From the sequence record PZ452591.1: a stretch of 64,000 bases of DNA. The stretch is one strand, 5' to 3'. Below are positions 30,953 to 41,934 of this stretch, in pieces. The notes beneath the pieces are model-generated. The model was not told the DNA's origin. It did no database searches and worked only from the letters and a program-made list of their open reading frames with translations. The DNA is from a phage. Position 1 is the stretch's first letter, and every line of letters starts with the position of its first letter. Made by a program: the position numbers and the translations under genes.

Positions 30953-31151
30953 TTTCAATGCTTATAATTTCAACATCAGCCCAATGACCATAGTTTGGTA
31001 GACGAAATTCAACTGGCCAGTCACTGCCTTTTTCTAATATAATAGACTCAACTTGTGGTTCTTCATGTTCATCAGTATATGGATTTTTATCTGTTACTTT
31101 ATATGTGACCTTAATGTACTGAATTCCAAAAATCTTATTAATTATATTCAT
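30945..31151 (-). CDS. Hypothetical protein, 68 aa
   Basis: ORF with ATG start, overlapping neighbours in operon-like array. Confidence 0.6.
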   Translation of the reverse strand: MNIINKIFGIQYIKVTYKVTDKNPYTDEHEEPQVESIILEKGSDWPVEFRLPNYGHWADVEIISIENV

Positions 31152-31345
31152 ACTAATTCCTTTAATCCGTAGATAGGAGATAATTCATCACCCATACGAA
31201 GGTCTTCATTTCCATTTACCCAGGAAACAATATAAGCCTCTTTTATTTGAATACCACTCCATTTAAATGGAGGTAGAACCTTAGAAATTAATCCAGGTAT
31301 ACCAACTCCCTTTAATTCAACAGTTTGACCTAAAAAGAATTTCAT
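31148..31345 (-). CDS. Hypothetical protein, 65 aa
   Basis: ORF with ATG start, 4-nt overlaps. Confidence 0.6.
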   Translation of the reverse strand: MKFFLGQTVELKGVGIPGLISKVLPPFKWSGIQIKEAYIVSWVNGNEDLRMGDELSPIYGLKELV

Positions 31346-31632
31346 TAGAACCTCATCTGAAAACCGTGCGATTTAACATTACCGCCGCCAATATCAGAAA
31401 TGTTAATTTCACGCGCAATTGAAGGGTCAATGTCAATTTCGCGATTGAGTTTAGTGATAGCTAAAGTATCGCGCCCATTTACAGTACGAAACTCTAAAGG
31501 ACAAACCACATCAACGTAGTTTTTAATCGATTCACTGGTAGGTTGCAAATGTGCAGGAAGGTCTTTAGGCGCCTTTGAGAAAACTACTTCGCAGAAGTTT
31601 TTACGAGTATCAAAATAAGTGGTCATAAACAT
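31345..31632 (-). CDS. Hypothetical protein, 95 aa
   Basis: ORF with ATG start. Confidence 0.65.
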   Translation of the reverse strand: MFMTTYFDTRKNFCEVVFSKAPKDLPAHLQPTSESIKNYVDVVCPLEFRTVNGRDTLAITKLNREIDIDPSIAREINISDIGGGNVKSHGFQMRF

Positions 31633-31673
31633 AATAATTTCCTCAGTAAGGGGCTGAAGCCCCTCATTTTATT

Positions 31674-32039
31674 TTAAATATCAAATTCGTTAAGAACTAC
31701 ATCAAAGATTGCTTCCAAGTGCTCAGGTTTAGCTCTGTTACTCAGAATATGACGAATCCAAGTTTTAACTAAGAGTTTACGATTAGCACCATTCCAACAA
31801 GGATGAGTCCCTAAATCGCGTTGACGGAAATCATCATCCAGAGCGATTTTGAAGTTGGAACCTTCCATTGTGATTGAAACCGTGATACCGTTTTCAAATC
31901 GCATATAAACGTAGTTAGGAGTCATATACTGTTCAATTTCGCATACTGATCCATTTTGATGTTTCCAAAGGCAGATGGTATCAATAGAACCTGCAATACC
32001 ATTAGAAACATATTTACGTTCAAAGTTAATGTAGTTCAT
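31674..32039 (-). CDS. Hypothetical protein, 121 aa from first ATG (MNYINFERKYV...)
   Basis: ORF-track start is TTG; ATG four codons in. Confidence 0.65.
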   Translation of the reverse strand: MNYINFERKYVSNGIAGSIDTICLWKHQNGSVCEIEQYMTPNYVYMRFENGITVSITMEGSNFKIALDDDFRQRDLGTHPCWNGANRKLLVKTWIRHILSNRAKPEHLEAIFDVVLNEFDI

Positions 32040-32106
32040 TTTATTCTCCAAGATGTTTAATTTCGGTACAGGTATATAATATCATGTCCTGTACCAAAGT
32101 AAACAA

Positions 32107-32439
32107 TTATTTTACTACTTTCCAATGCTGCATGTCAAGTTTACCAACTTTTTTCATCTTCTCAATTAAGCGTTCAGCACGTTGGCGAGCTGTAACATAA
32201 TGCCATTCGCCTAATTCATTTTGTTCAATTTTTCCAACGATTACTGTATTCAATTCATAAATCCAACCAGTAAAGAAATTATGAACTTGAACTGTAAAGG
32301 TGAAATCTGTTCCCATACCTTCTGTTGTTTCTACTTCAATAATATCACCTTCAACTGCCATTAAGAACCACATAGTTTCATTATATTTACCATTGAAGCA
32401 TTTAGTTTTAACTGTAGCGTTCAGATTAATCGTTTTCAT
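32107..32439 (-). CDS. Hypothetical protein, 110 aa
   Basis: ORF with ATG start; early-promoter-like element upstream. Confidence 0.65.
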   Translation of the reverse strand: MKTINLNATVKTKCFNGKYNETMWFLMAVEGDIIEVETTEGMGTDFTFTVQVHNFFTGWIYELNTVIVGKIEQNELGEWHYVTARQRAERLIEKMKKVGKLDMQHWKVVK

Positions 32440-32461
32440 TTTATTCTCCTTTGTTTGTGTA

Positions 32462-32498
32462 AGATAATACTATCACAAAGGAACCGTTACTGTAAACA
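32462..32498 (-). promoter_or_regulatory. Early-promoter-like element (GTTTAC ... ATAGTAT) upstream of the 110-aa ORF
   Basis: Consensus-like -35 and -10. Confidence 0.5.
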
Positions 32499-32517
32499 AC
32501 TTTGTGCAATCTTTGGA

Positions 32518-32545
32518 AAATAAAAAAGGACTCCCGAAGGAGTCC
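32518..32545 (-). terminator. Rho-independent terminator after the small basic protein gene
   Basis: GGACTCC-CGAA-GGAGTCC hairpin followed by TTTTTT on minus strand. Confidence 0.8.
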
Positions 32546-32550
32546 TCAAC

Positions 32551-32727
32551 TTATGCTTTCTGCTTACCAAAACGAGAAGCATCATCTCGAAGAACCGCAC
32601 GTGCTCGGCGCATGATCTTCTCAACAGTTTGATTGATACGAGAGTTCGACCCACGCTTGTAACCAGCGCGTTTAGAATCACCAACTTTCTTTTCAACTGC
32701 TTTCTTTGCTTTAGCTTGTTTTGCCAT
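32551..32727 (-). CDS. Small highly basic protein, about 58 aa (MAKQAKAKKAVEKK...); alternative upstream ATG at 32769
   Basis: Lys/Arg-rich ORF followed by a strong rho-independent terminator; start uncertain. Confidence 0.55.
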   Translation of the reverse strand: MAKQAKAKKAVEKKVGDSKRAGYKRGSNSRINQTVEKIMRRARAVLRDDASRFGKQKA

Positions 32728-33014
32728 TATAAATTCTCTTTTAAATGAAAATGCAGGACTTATTGGCATTGCCTGCGAAAGCCCTCAAGGGGAACATAGG
32801 TTTTGAATATTTACCGACAGGATAACCATAAACCTCGTCATCATACCACCAAGACTTACACAGATAACACTTTTCTGACGCATGATAGTAACATTCAAGA
32901 GGTACACCGTAAAACTGTCGGGGTCTTAAAACTATAATGATTCGCAAATCATTAATCAGACAGTTCGACGGCTCCTCGATTTAGCTCACACTAAGGCAGT
33001 GAATCTCCAATAAA

Positions 33015-33263
33015 TTACTTCAATGTTACCACAAAGTGACGAACTGCTTTTCGTGCAGCAGAAGCCAGAGGCTTAGCATACTTAAGTTCATCTTTTTCCT
33101 GAAGCTCAGCAGCTAATGCAGTTTGAGCAGGATTCAGATGTTTGAAATAACGCAGGATTTCAAGAGCTTCGGCTTCAACATCAATAGATGCGCCATAGTT
33201 TTCGTGACCATTATTCCATGCGTTTCGTTGCAGTTCAAGAGCGTGTTGTAATTGTTTAATCAT
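33015..33263 (-). CDS. rIII: rIII lysis inhibition accessory protein (82 aa)
   Basis: 82 aa, helical, positioned next to gene 31 as in T4. Confidence 0.7.
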   Translation of the reverse strand: MIKQLQHALELQRNAWNNGHENYGASIDVEAEALEILRYFKHLNPAQTALAAELQEKDELKYAKPLASAARKAVRHFVVTLK

Positions 33264-33402
33264 TTAAAAATTCTCGTTAGAGATTAAAACTCGGTAGTCA
33301 CGTTCTTCTGAATTTCATCTTCTTTCGACAGATCTCTCAGTTGTAGACTACCACATAGAATTGTTCGGTTAACTTATTATTCCGACACCCAATTCATATT
33401 AT

Positions 33403-33410
33403 TATTTATA
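33403..33410 (-). promoter_or_regulatory. Late-promoter-like TATAAATA upstream of rIII
   Basis: Exact motif on minus strand in the 31-rIII gap. Confidence 0.5.
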
Positions 33411-33746
33411 TCACTTATAAAGACACGGAATAGCTTTATAGTGACAAGTAACGAATTTTTGTTTAATTTCTTTTGGCTGCTTAAGACCCAGAGCTACAAA
33501 AGGATGCGGAACATTTCGAATTTGACCAACTGGAAGAGAAGTCAAATCACCAACTTCGCAGAAACCTTCAGGAACATCAGGACCGACAGAGTGAACTACA
33601 CACAGTTCAGGAACTTCACCTTGAACACGTTTACCGATAATAAGTCCTGATTCTGTAACTTCTTCATCACCGGCTTGTGCAGGTTCAGAAACTAAAATAA
33701 CATATTCACCGACAGCACGAATTGGTAGCTGTTGTACTTCAGACAT
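33411..33746 (-). CDS. 31: Co-chaperonin gp31 (GroES-like, 111 aa)
   Basis: 111 aa, matches T4 gp31 length and N-terminus [19 protein letters not shown]. Confidence 0.9.
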
Positions 33747-33802
33747 CGTTTTTCCTTTCTGTTAACAGATGAATTAATAATAACAAATAATTCTTAAAGC
33801 AT

Positions 33803-34111
33803 TTATTTACCAATAAATTGGAGCAAATGCTCAACTTTCATACCATTAACGGAAATCAATTTGTCAATAGAAAAACCTCGCCACGCACCAAGTTCAACAT
33901 CAAATACTGGAATCATGTCAGTAGATTCTTTCCTAGTAGATTCCGTCAATTTACCAGTTTGCATGGTTGGCATAAAGTCTGCATCACGAGTACCTTTCAT
34001 AACACGAATAGTACCATCAGACTTTTCAAAAACTACGTTTGAAACACCCATGGACAATTTAGTTTTCAAAATTTCACGAATTGCTACTTTTTGTTCAGTC
34101 GTCAGTTTCAT
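33803..34111 (-). CDS. Hypothetical protein, 102 aa
   Basis: ORF, synteny between 31 and cd. Confidence 0.65.
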   Translation of the reverse strand: MKLTTEQKVAIREILKTKLSMGVSNVVFEKSDGTIRVMKGTRDADFMPTMQTGKLTESTRKESTDMIPVFDVELGAWRGFSIDKLISVNGMKVEHLLQFIGK

Positions 34112-34348
34112 TTATTTACCTATTACAGTTTTAATATGAGTTGTTCCACGTTCTTTAAGAGTGGAAAGTAATTTTTGGCATTTTTCTAAATCAGATTTCC
34201 AACTATATGGTCTATCATTACAAACCCAATTTGTCTTATAATACTGTTTCCATTTAGAGAAAAAATATTTCTTATACTCTACAGCAAATGAGATGTTCTC
34301 GTTAGAATAAGAACTAATTGCTGTGAGCTTTACCAAACGAAATTTCAT
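34112..34348 (-). CDS. Hypothetical protein, 78 aa
   Basis: ORF, synteny. Confidence 0.6.
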   Translation of the reverse strand: MKFRLVKLTAISSYSNENISFAVEYKKYFFSKWKQYYKTNWVCNDRPYSWKSDLEKCQKLLSTLKERGTTHIKTVIGK

Positions 34349-34929
34349 TATTCACCACAGAATTCGTTGATATTTTCCCAGTTTAACTTATTCAAGTTTT
34401 TCTTAGGAACATTAAACACTTCAATACCTGCATTTCGCAGAATATCATCCCAGCCAGGTTTATTTTTATCGTATGTTTCGCAATAAACCAGCTTTTTAAT
34501 TCCAGATTGAGCTATCGCTTTTGCGCAATCTGGACATGGAGAAAGTGTTACATACATAGTAGCACCTTCAATAGAAGAACCATTTCGTGCAGCAAACAAA
34601 ATTGCATTTAGTTCAGCATGAATTTCATTTTTAGATGACCATTCCGAGTGAGCACTACGATGTTCTTTCGCCAAGACAAAACGATCAGTTGAACCAAATG
34701 ATACGCATTCAGGCTTATGACCTTGAATGATAGTATGTTTAGGCTTATTCAACAACCAACCTTGCTCAGCAGCATAATCACAACAGTTCACACCCCCTGC
34801 AGGTGAACCATTATACCCAGTAGAAATAATACGTCCATTCTTTTCAATTACTGCTCCTACCTTCCAGGAGCAACATTTTGATTCCTGCGATACTAAATAT
34901 GCAATTTGAAGTACTGTACTCGCTTTCAT
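34348..34929 (-). CDS. cd: dCMP deaminase (193 aa)
   Basis: Cytidine/deoxycytidylate deaminase zinc motifs HAE ... PCPDCAKAI; 193 aa as T4 Cd. Confidence 0.93.
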   Translation of the reverse strand: MKASTVLQIAYLVSQESKCCSWKVGAVIEKNGRIISTGYNGSPAGGVNCCDYAAEQGWLLNKPKHTIIQGHKPECVSFGSTDRFVLAKEHRSAHSEWSSKNEIHAELNAILFAARNGSSIEGATMYVTLSPCPDCAKAIAQSGIKKLVYCETYDKNKPGWDDILRNAGIEVFNVPKKNLNKLNWENINEFCGE

Positions 34930-35264
34930 TTCATAATCACCAGATAAGCAGATTTAGCAGTTTCAACCCGATAAATTTCGTGACGAAGTTTAGTTATACT
35001 TTTAATAACAGAACTAATTATATTCTGCCCATCTTTAAAGCGGTTTTTCTTATCAATAAAAACGGCGCCAGTCATCTTTTTGTGAAGCTCAACCGGATAC
35101 TTCGTCACAATAATAGCATCATACACAGAAGGATGAATACTATTCACCAGAGTATCATTCATTAAAGTTATTCTAATGAACTTTGCTGTTTCAGAGTCAA
35201 GCGCTCTATGATCGCCAGTATCATTTTCAAGACAATTATCAATTATATCAGTTAAATTCATCAT
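34926..35264 (-). CDS. Hypothetical protein, 112 aa
   Basis: ORF with 4-nt overlap to cd. Confidence 0.65.
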   Translation of the reverse strand: MMNLTDIIDNCLENDTGDHRALDSETAKFIRITLMNDTLVNSIHPSVYDAIIVTKYPVELHKKMTGAVFIDKKNRFKDGQNIISSVIKSITKLRHEIYRVETAKSAYLVIMK

Positions 35265-35500
35265 AGTACGCCATACACCCTTTGTGCTTCAACTAATCCA
35301 TCAAAATCCAGTTTAAGATGCGATATTTGATCGCCATCACCTGGATTCACAATTACTAATACTGAACGAGGAGTTTCGGTAATAACACGAACCGATGTTT
35401 CAGGAAATCGTTCAGAAACCTTATTTACTAATTCCTGTGCAAATAGTTTAACTTTTTCTTGGAATTCTTTAACAGTAATTGGTTTTTCACTTAGCAGCAT
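35261..35500 (-). CDS. Hypothetical protein, 79 aa
   Basis: ORF. Confidence 0.6.
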   Translation of the reverse strand: MLLSEKPITVKEFQEKVKLFAQELVNKVSERFPETSVRVITETPRSVLVIVNPGDGDQISHLKLDFDGLVEAQRVYGVL

Positions 35501-36021
35501 GTTGATCCCAGCTCCTTACTTTCAACGTTTTTAACTAATTTGACAGAAACTAATTCAGCATCTTGAGTAATCATTACCGGACCTTCTTCATACTCTTCAA
35601 GATATTCTAGAGCTTTCTTTTTAGCTTCTTCCTTCGTATCAGTTTGAGCATAGATATAAAACATACAACCAGTAATACCTACTACTTTCCACTTAATTTC
35701 TTTATCAGTTTTAATTTCAAATTTACTGACAGAATCATCTTTTTGAACTTCTTCGAAAAAAGAATATTCTAACATATAAGCAATTGAAAATAACGGGCTA
35801 TCTTTATAGCATTCACCCATTACATCAACAGCTTTATACCAGCAGTCATCAATTTCGCGTTTAATGCTAATAACATTTTTCGCAAGATCTATTTTTACTT
35901 TAAATGAATTTTCCCCAATAAACTGGGCAATTCGTTTATTAGCCCCGCAAGTTTCATTAAAAATATCTTTATACCCAGTTTTAAAGCGATAAACCTTATC
36001 TTCTTCAAACCATTCGCTCAT
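35491..36021 (-). CDS. Hypothetical protein, 176 aa
   Basis: ORF with early-promoter-like element upstream. Confidence 0.7.
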   Translation of the reverse strand: MSEWFEEDKVYRFKTGYKDIFNETCGANKRIAQFIGENSFKVKIDLAKNVISIKREIDDCWYKAVDVMGECYKDSPLFSIAYMLEYSFFEEVQKDDSVSKFEIKTDKEIKWKVVGITGCMFYIYAQTDTKEEAKKKALEYLEEYEEGPVMITQDAELVSVKLVKNVESKELGSTCC

Positions 36022-36044
36022 TTCAATTTCCTCATTTGTTTTGG

Positions 36045-36082
36045 TAGAGCTATAATATCACAACTCTACCGTAAAGTAAACC
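36045..36082 (-). promoter_or_regulatory. Early-promoter-like element (GTTTAC - 17 bp - ATATTAT) upstream of the 176-aa ORF
   Basis: Consensus-like -35 and -10 with GAGGAA SD. Confidence 0.5.
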
Positions 36083-36083
36083 A

Positions 36084-36359
36084 TTAAATCGCTTTGAATT
36101 CCGCAGTTTGAGATTCAAAGCGAATGTCGCCTTTGATAGCTAGCTCAGCATCAAGACCGAATACAACAATGATATGCGCGGAACCTGGATACAACGTAAT
36201 GGCAATAGAATCCACCTGGTCTGGAAGCAAAGTGTTCAATACATGAGTCACTTGAGCGTGGATTCGAAGCTCAGCTGCGTTATCAAGTTTTTCAAACATA
36301 TTATTAGCGATAATTTGGCTAAACACTACTTCTACGATTTTAGAGTAAGTCGGAAACAT
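36084..36359 (-). CDS. Hypothetical protein, about 91 aa from first ATG
   Basis: ORF-track start is TTG; ATG at codon 11. Confidence 0.6.
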   Translation of the reverse strand: MFPTYSKIVEVVFSQIIANNMFEKLDNAAELRIHAQVTHVLNTLLPDQVDSIAITLYPGSAHIIVVFGLDAELAIKGDIRFESQTAEFKAI

Positions 36360-36361
36360 AT

Positions 36362-36554
36362 TTACCTCGCATAATTTTCTTCGAGCCAATCAATAACATC
36401 CAAAGCGTTATCAAAAGTTGCGCCATCTACTTTGTCTTCTGTTTCATAATCAAGAACATCTAGGCCTACTCTTCCGTCAACAATAGGCCATAGACAAAAT
36501 AGATATTTCTTTTCTTTTTCAATTTTATCACAAAGACGATAAATCTTTTCTAGG

Positions 36555-36562
<8 letters not shown>
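36362..36562 (-). CDS. Hypothetical protein, 66 aa
   Basis: ORF with ATG start. Confidence 0.55.
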
Positions 36563-37657
<1,095 letters not shown>

Positions 37658-37885
37658 TTATTTTTTCTCAACCAGTGATTGAATATAATCATGCAGGTCT
37701 TTAGATGCTTTGCCCCACTTATTTTGATATTCATTTTTGAGATTAGCACGTGATTGAGCTAATAAAACATCATTAGTTGGAGGTAAAGATTCTAACCGCT
37801 GAATCTGGCGTCCATAAATCATTGCAGCCATCTCGGATTCATAAATCAATCCTTTGAGATGTTCAAATTGATGCCATGAAATCAT
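37658..37885 (-). CDS. Hypothetical protein (positional equivalent of T4 pseT.1), 75 aa
   Basis: ORF. Confidence 0.65.
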   Translation of the reverse strand: MISWHQFEHLKGLIYESEMAAMIYGRQIQRLESLPPTNDVLLAQSRANLKNEYQNKWGKASKDLHDYIQSLVEKK

Positions 37886-38181
37886 TTACATTTATCCTCT
37901 TTTAACTCTTGACGATAATAGCATATCATAGTTTTCTGGTCATGTACATATCGTTTTACATCATTAAGCCAAATACGAAATTCCTGAGAATCTTCAAATG
38001 GCATACCGACCCAAGCTTTACCATCGATAACTTTAACTTGCCAAGATAGTTTAGCTTCGTCATATGACTTTATCTGTACAGGCCAATTAGGATGAACTGT
38101 TTCTTTCTTTACTTCTAGAGGCTTTGTCGAACAACCAACTAGAAGACCAATAGATAATATTACTGCTGATAGTTTAATCAT
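37882..38181 (-). CDS. Outer-membrane spanin (o-spanin) lipoprotein, 99 aa
   Basis: Signal peptide with lipobox LLVGC; overlaps upstream i-spanin by 4 nt; corresponds to T4 pseT.2. Confidence 0.8.
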   Translation of the reverse strand: MIKLSAVILSIGLLVGCSTKPLEVKKETVHPNWPVQIKSYDEAKLSWQVKVIDGKAWVGMPFEDSQEFRIWLNDVKRYVHDQKTMICYYRQELKEDKCK

Positions 38182-38531
38182 TTAGAAAGGTCCTGGATGT
38201 CTTCTGCGAACTTGTTGAAGGAGTTGTTGATTTGTTTTTCAACCAATCCTGGCTTATGAGCCACCACATCCGCCTTCTTTGCGTCTTTGCGCAGTTTTTC
38301 ATTTTCACGCTCAATAGCAGCAATTGCCTCACGATTTTTATTATTCATCGCATCAATATAATTATACTGAATTCGCAAATTATTTAATGCTAAAGCGTTT
38401 TCATTGGCTGTTTTTGTAATTTCAGTAACTGATGTTTCTAATCTTTCTACCTTATTTTTTAAAATAATAGATGTTCCGCCAAATGCTATTACAAGTAATA
38501 GCAATCCAGCTGTAAAATTACTTACATGCAT
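38178..38531 (-). CDS. Inner-membrane spanin (i-spanin), 117 aa
   Basis: N-terminal TM helix AGLLLLVIAFGGTSIIL followed by coiled-coil; corresponds to T4 pseT.3. Confidence 0.8.
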   Translation of the reverse strand: MHVSNFTAGLLLLVIAFGGTSIILKNKVERLETSVTEITKTANENALALNNLRIQYNYIDAMNNKNREAIAAIERENEKLRKDAKKADVVAHKPGLVEKQINNSFNKFAEDIQDLSK

Positions 38532-39028
38532 AAAGTTTTAATAACCTCTATAATATCGTCTTGAGAAAGACCGTTAATTAAAATATGATGTTCAGCTGGA
38601 GATTTAGAAATTTTAAAGCATGCCTCAACATCTTCTGCCATATCCGATGCACTACGATTTGGATTACTAATTCCAAGACGATGTTTTCCCGTTAAAGGAT
38701 TAACAATGATATAGCATTTGCAGCTATTGATATGAACATTGGGTTGAGTCTGATTAATGAACACTTCACAATCATACTTAGCGAGTTGATTTTCTAAAAA
38801 GACTTTCATCTCTTCAACCGCATCAGGAAGCATATCACGGGCTTGCTCAAGACGACGATTTCGATATTCTTTAATGGTCGTTTTCCGCTTGACTTGCTTA
38901 GCTAAATCTTTCTTAAGATCGGTGATATATCCAACTCGACGATTTCCTTTGAATACAGAAATCCCATCTGTAGTATCACCGTATGCTTCAACGACCATTT
39001 CAATAGTAATAAGCTGCAAATCCATCAT
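38522..39028 (-). CDS. alc: Alc (unf), host transcription elongation-termination factor (168 aa)
   Basis: Size and position between pseT region and rnlA as in T4. Confidence 0.7.
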   Translation of the reverse strand: MMDLQLITIEMVVEAYGDTTDGISVFKGNRRVGYITDLKKDLAKQVKRKTTIKEYRNRRLEQARDMLPDAVEEMKVFLENQLAKYDCEVFINQTQPNVHINSCKCYIIVNPLTGKHRLGISNPNRSASDMAEDVEACFKISKSPAEHHILINGLSQDDIIEVIKTLCM

Positions 39029-39033
39029 AAAGT

Positions 39034-39086
39034 CCTCATGTTATGCCAGTAAGACTACTGTAACACAACACGAGGGACTTGTAAAC
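39034..39086 (-). repeat. 53-bp direct repeat copy 2 (partner at 23509..23561)
   Basis: cctcatgttatgccagtaagactactgtaacacaacacgagggacttgtaaac. Confidence 0.8.
39050..39086 (-). promoter_or_regulatory. T4 early-promoter-like element upstream of alc (near-identical copy of the 23525..23561 element)
   Basis: Minus strand GTTTACAAGTCCCTCGTGTTGTGTTACAGTAG...CATGAGGACTTTATG. Confidence 0.55.
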
Positions 39087-39089
39087 AGC

Positions 39090-40677
<1,588 letters not shown>

Positions 40678-40685
40678 AATAAAAT

Positions 40686-40699
40686 GGGCCTTGCGGCCC
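40686..40699 (-). other. GC hairpin between nrdB stop and denA start
   Basis: GGGCC-TTGC-GGCCC, followed on minus strand by ATTTTATT then the denA ATG; no obvious SD. Confidence 0.5.
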
Positions 40700-40704
40700 A
40701 CTCC

Positions 40705-41883
40705 TTAAAAGTATTTTTTAAAACTCATCATAACTTTATCATCAACATCATTATCAATCTGTGCAACAAGGTAGGATGACAGTTCTACTTCTTGTGGTGC
40801 GGATTGAACATTATCAGAATTAAGATATTCACGAATCCAAGGATATGGATGTTTAACCGGAGCATCGGTAATTGGGCATGGAAGACCACACTGTTTCATA
40901 CGAGATACAGTTAAGTAATCAATAAAGCTCCACATGCTATTTGTATTTAATCCAGGAACATCGCCATCTTTAAATAAATGAACTGCCCAATCTTTTTCTT
41001 GGCGATTAACTTCCATGAAAATATCAACTGCTTCTTGTTCACACTCTTGAGCAATTTTAACCCATTCATCGCCATCAGTGCCAAGTTGAAGTTGACGAAT
41101 AATATATTGAGTGCCTTTAAGATGAAGCTGCTCATCACGAGCAATGAACTTCATAATCTTGGCATTACCTTCCATGATTTCCATGTTCTTATGGAAGTTA
41201 AAGGTACATGCAAAAGATACATAAAAACGAATAGCTTCTAAGGCATTAATAACGTGCAAACAGAGGTAAAGAGACTTCATTAAAGCACGTTTAGCTTCGG
41301 CTTCTTGTTTAATAGCTCGGTTTAAACGAAAGTCGGCATCAGGAGATTCTTTAGCTAGTTCTACAAATTCTTTAGCATTTTCCCATTCACGGGTTTTAGT
41401 CAGAACATCATCATAATAACGTCCAATTGATTCAGCACGTTTCATAATAGCTTCATCTAATACAATCTCATCAAATACCTTCGATGGATCAGTATAAAGA
41501 TTTCGCATGATATGAGTATATGAACGACTGTGAATAGTTTCACTAAAAGTCCATGTAGCAACCCATGTATCAAGACTTGGGTCTGAAATTAATGACATAA
41601 GTACAGCAGATGGCGCACGACCCTGAATGCTATCCAAAAGTGATTGATACTTCAGGTTGTTAGTAAAAATATTTTGCTGATATTGAGGAAGCTTATTAAA
41701 CTGTGCAGCATCCATCATTAAGTTTACTTCTTCGGGACGCCAGAAAAATGATAAGGACTTCTCTGTAAGTTCTTCAAATACTCGATGCCGTTGAATATCA
41801 TAACGCGCAATACCAAGACCTGAACCAAAAAACATAGGTTCTTTTAAAACATCAACTGGATTTGTATTAAAAACTGTGCTCAT
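40705..41883 (-). CDS. nrdB: Ribonucleotide reductase class Ia small subunit (392 aa), uninterrupted
   Basis: Ferritin-like di-iron protein; continuous ORF, no intron. Confidence 0.93.
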   Translation of the reverse strand: MSTVFNTNPVDVLKEPMFFGSGLGIARYDIQRHRVFEELTEKSLSFFWRPEEVNLMMDAAQFNKLPQYQQNIFTNNLKYQSLLDSIQGRAPSAVLMSLISDPSLDTWVATWTFSETIHSRSYTHIMRNLYTDPSKVFDEIVLDEAIMKRAESIGRYYDDVLTKTREWENAKEFVELAKESPDADFRLNRAIKQEAEAKRALMKSLYLCLHVINALEAIRFYVSFACTFNFHKNMEIMEGNAKIMKFIARDEQLHLKGTQYIIRQLQLGTDGDEWVKIAQECEQEAVDIFMEVNRQEKDWAVHLFKDGDVPGLNTNSMWSFIDYLTVSRMKQCGLPCPITDAPVKHPYPWIREYLNSDNVQSAPQEVELSSYLVAQIDNDVDDKVMMSFKKYF

Positions 41884-41934
41884 AAATTTTCCGCTTAGTT
41901 AATAGTTGGTGACTCGTCCGTGAGTCAAATTATA

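Noticed and set aside
32741-32947. 68-aa Cys-containing ORF in the rIII-proximal gap
   Set aside because: Initiates only at TTG with no SD and overlaps the better-supported basic-protein ORF; kept only as a note under the gap finding
40678-40701. N-terminal extension of denA from the ORF-track start
   Set aside because: Track start is GTG; known EndoII starts at the downstream ATG (MKEIATEY), so the extension was trimmed
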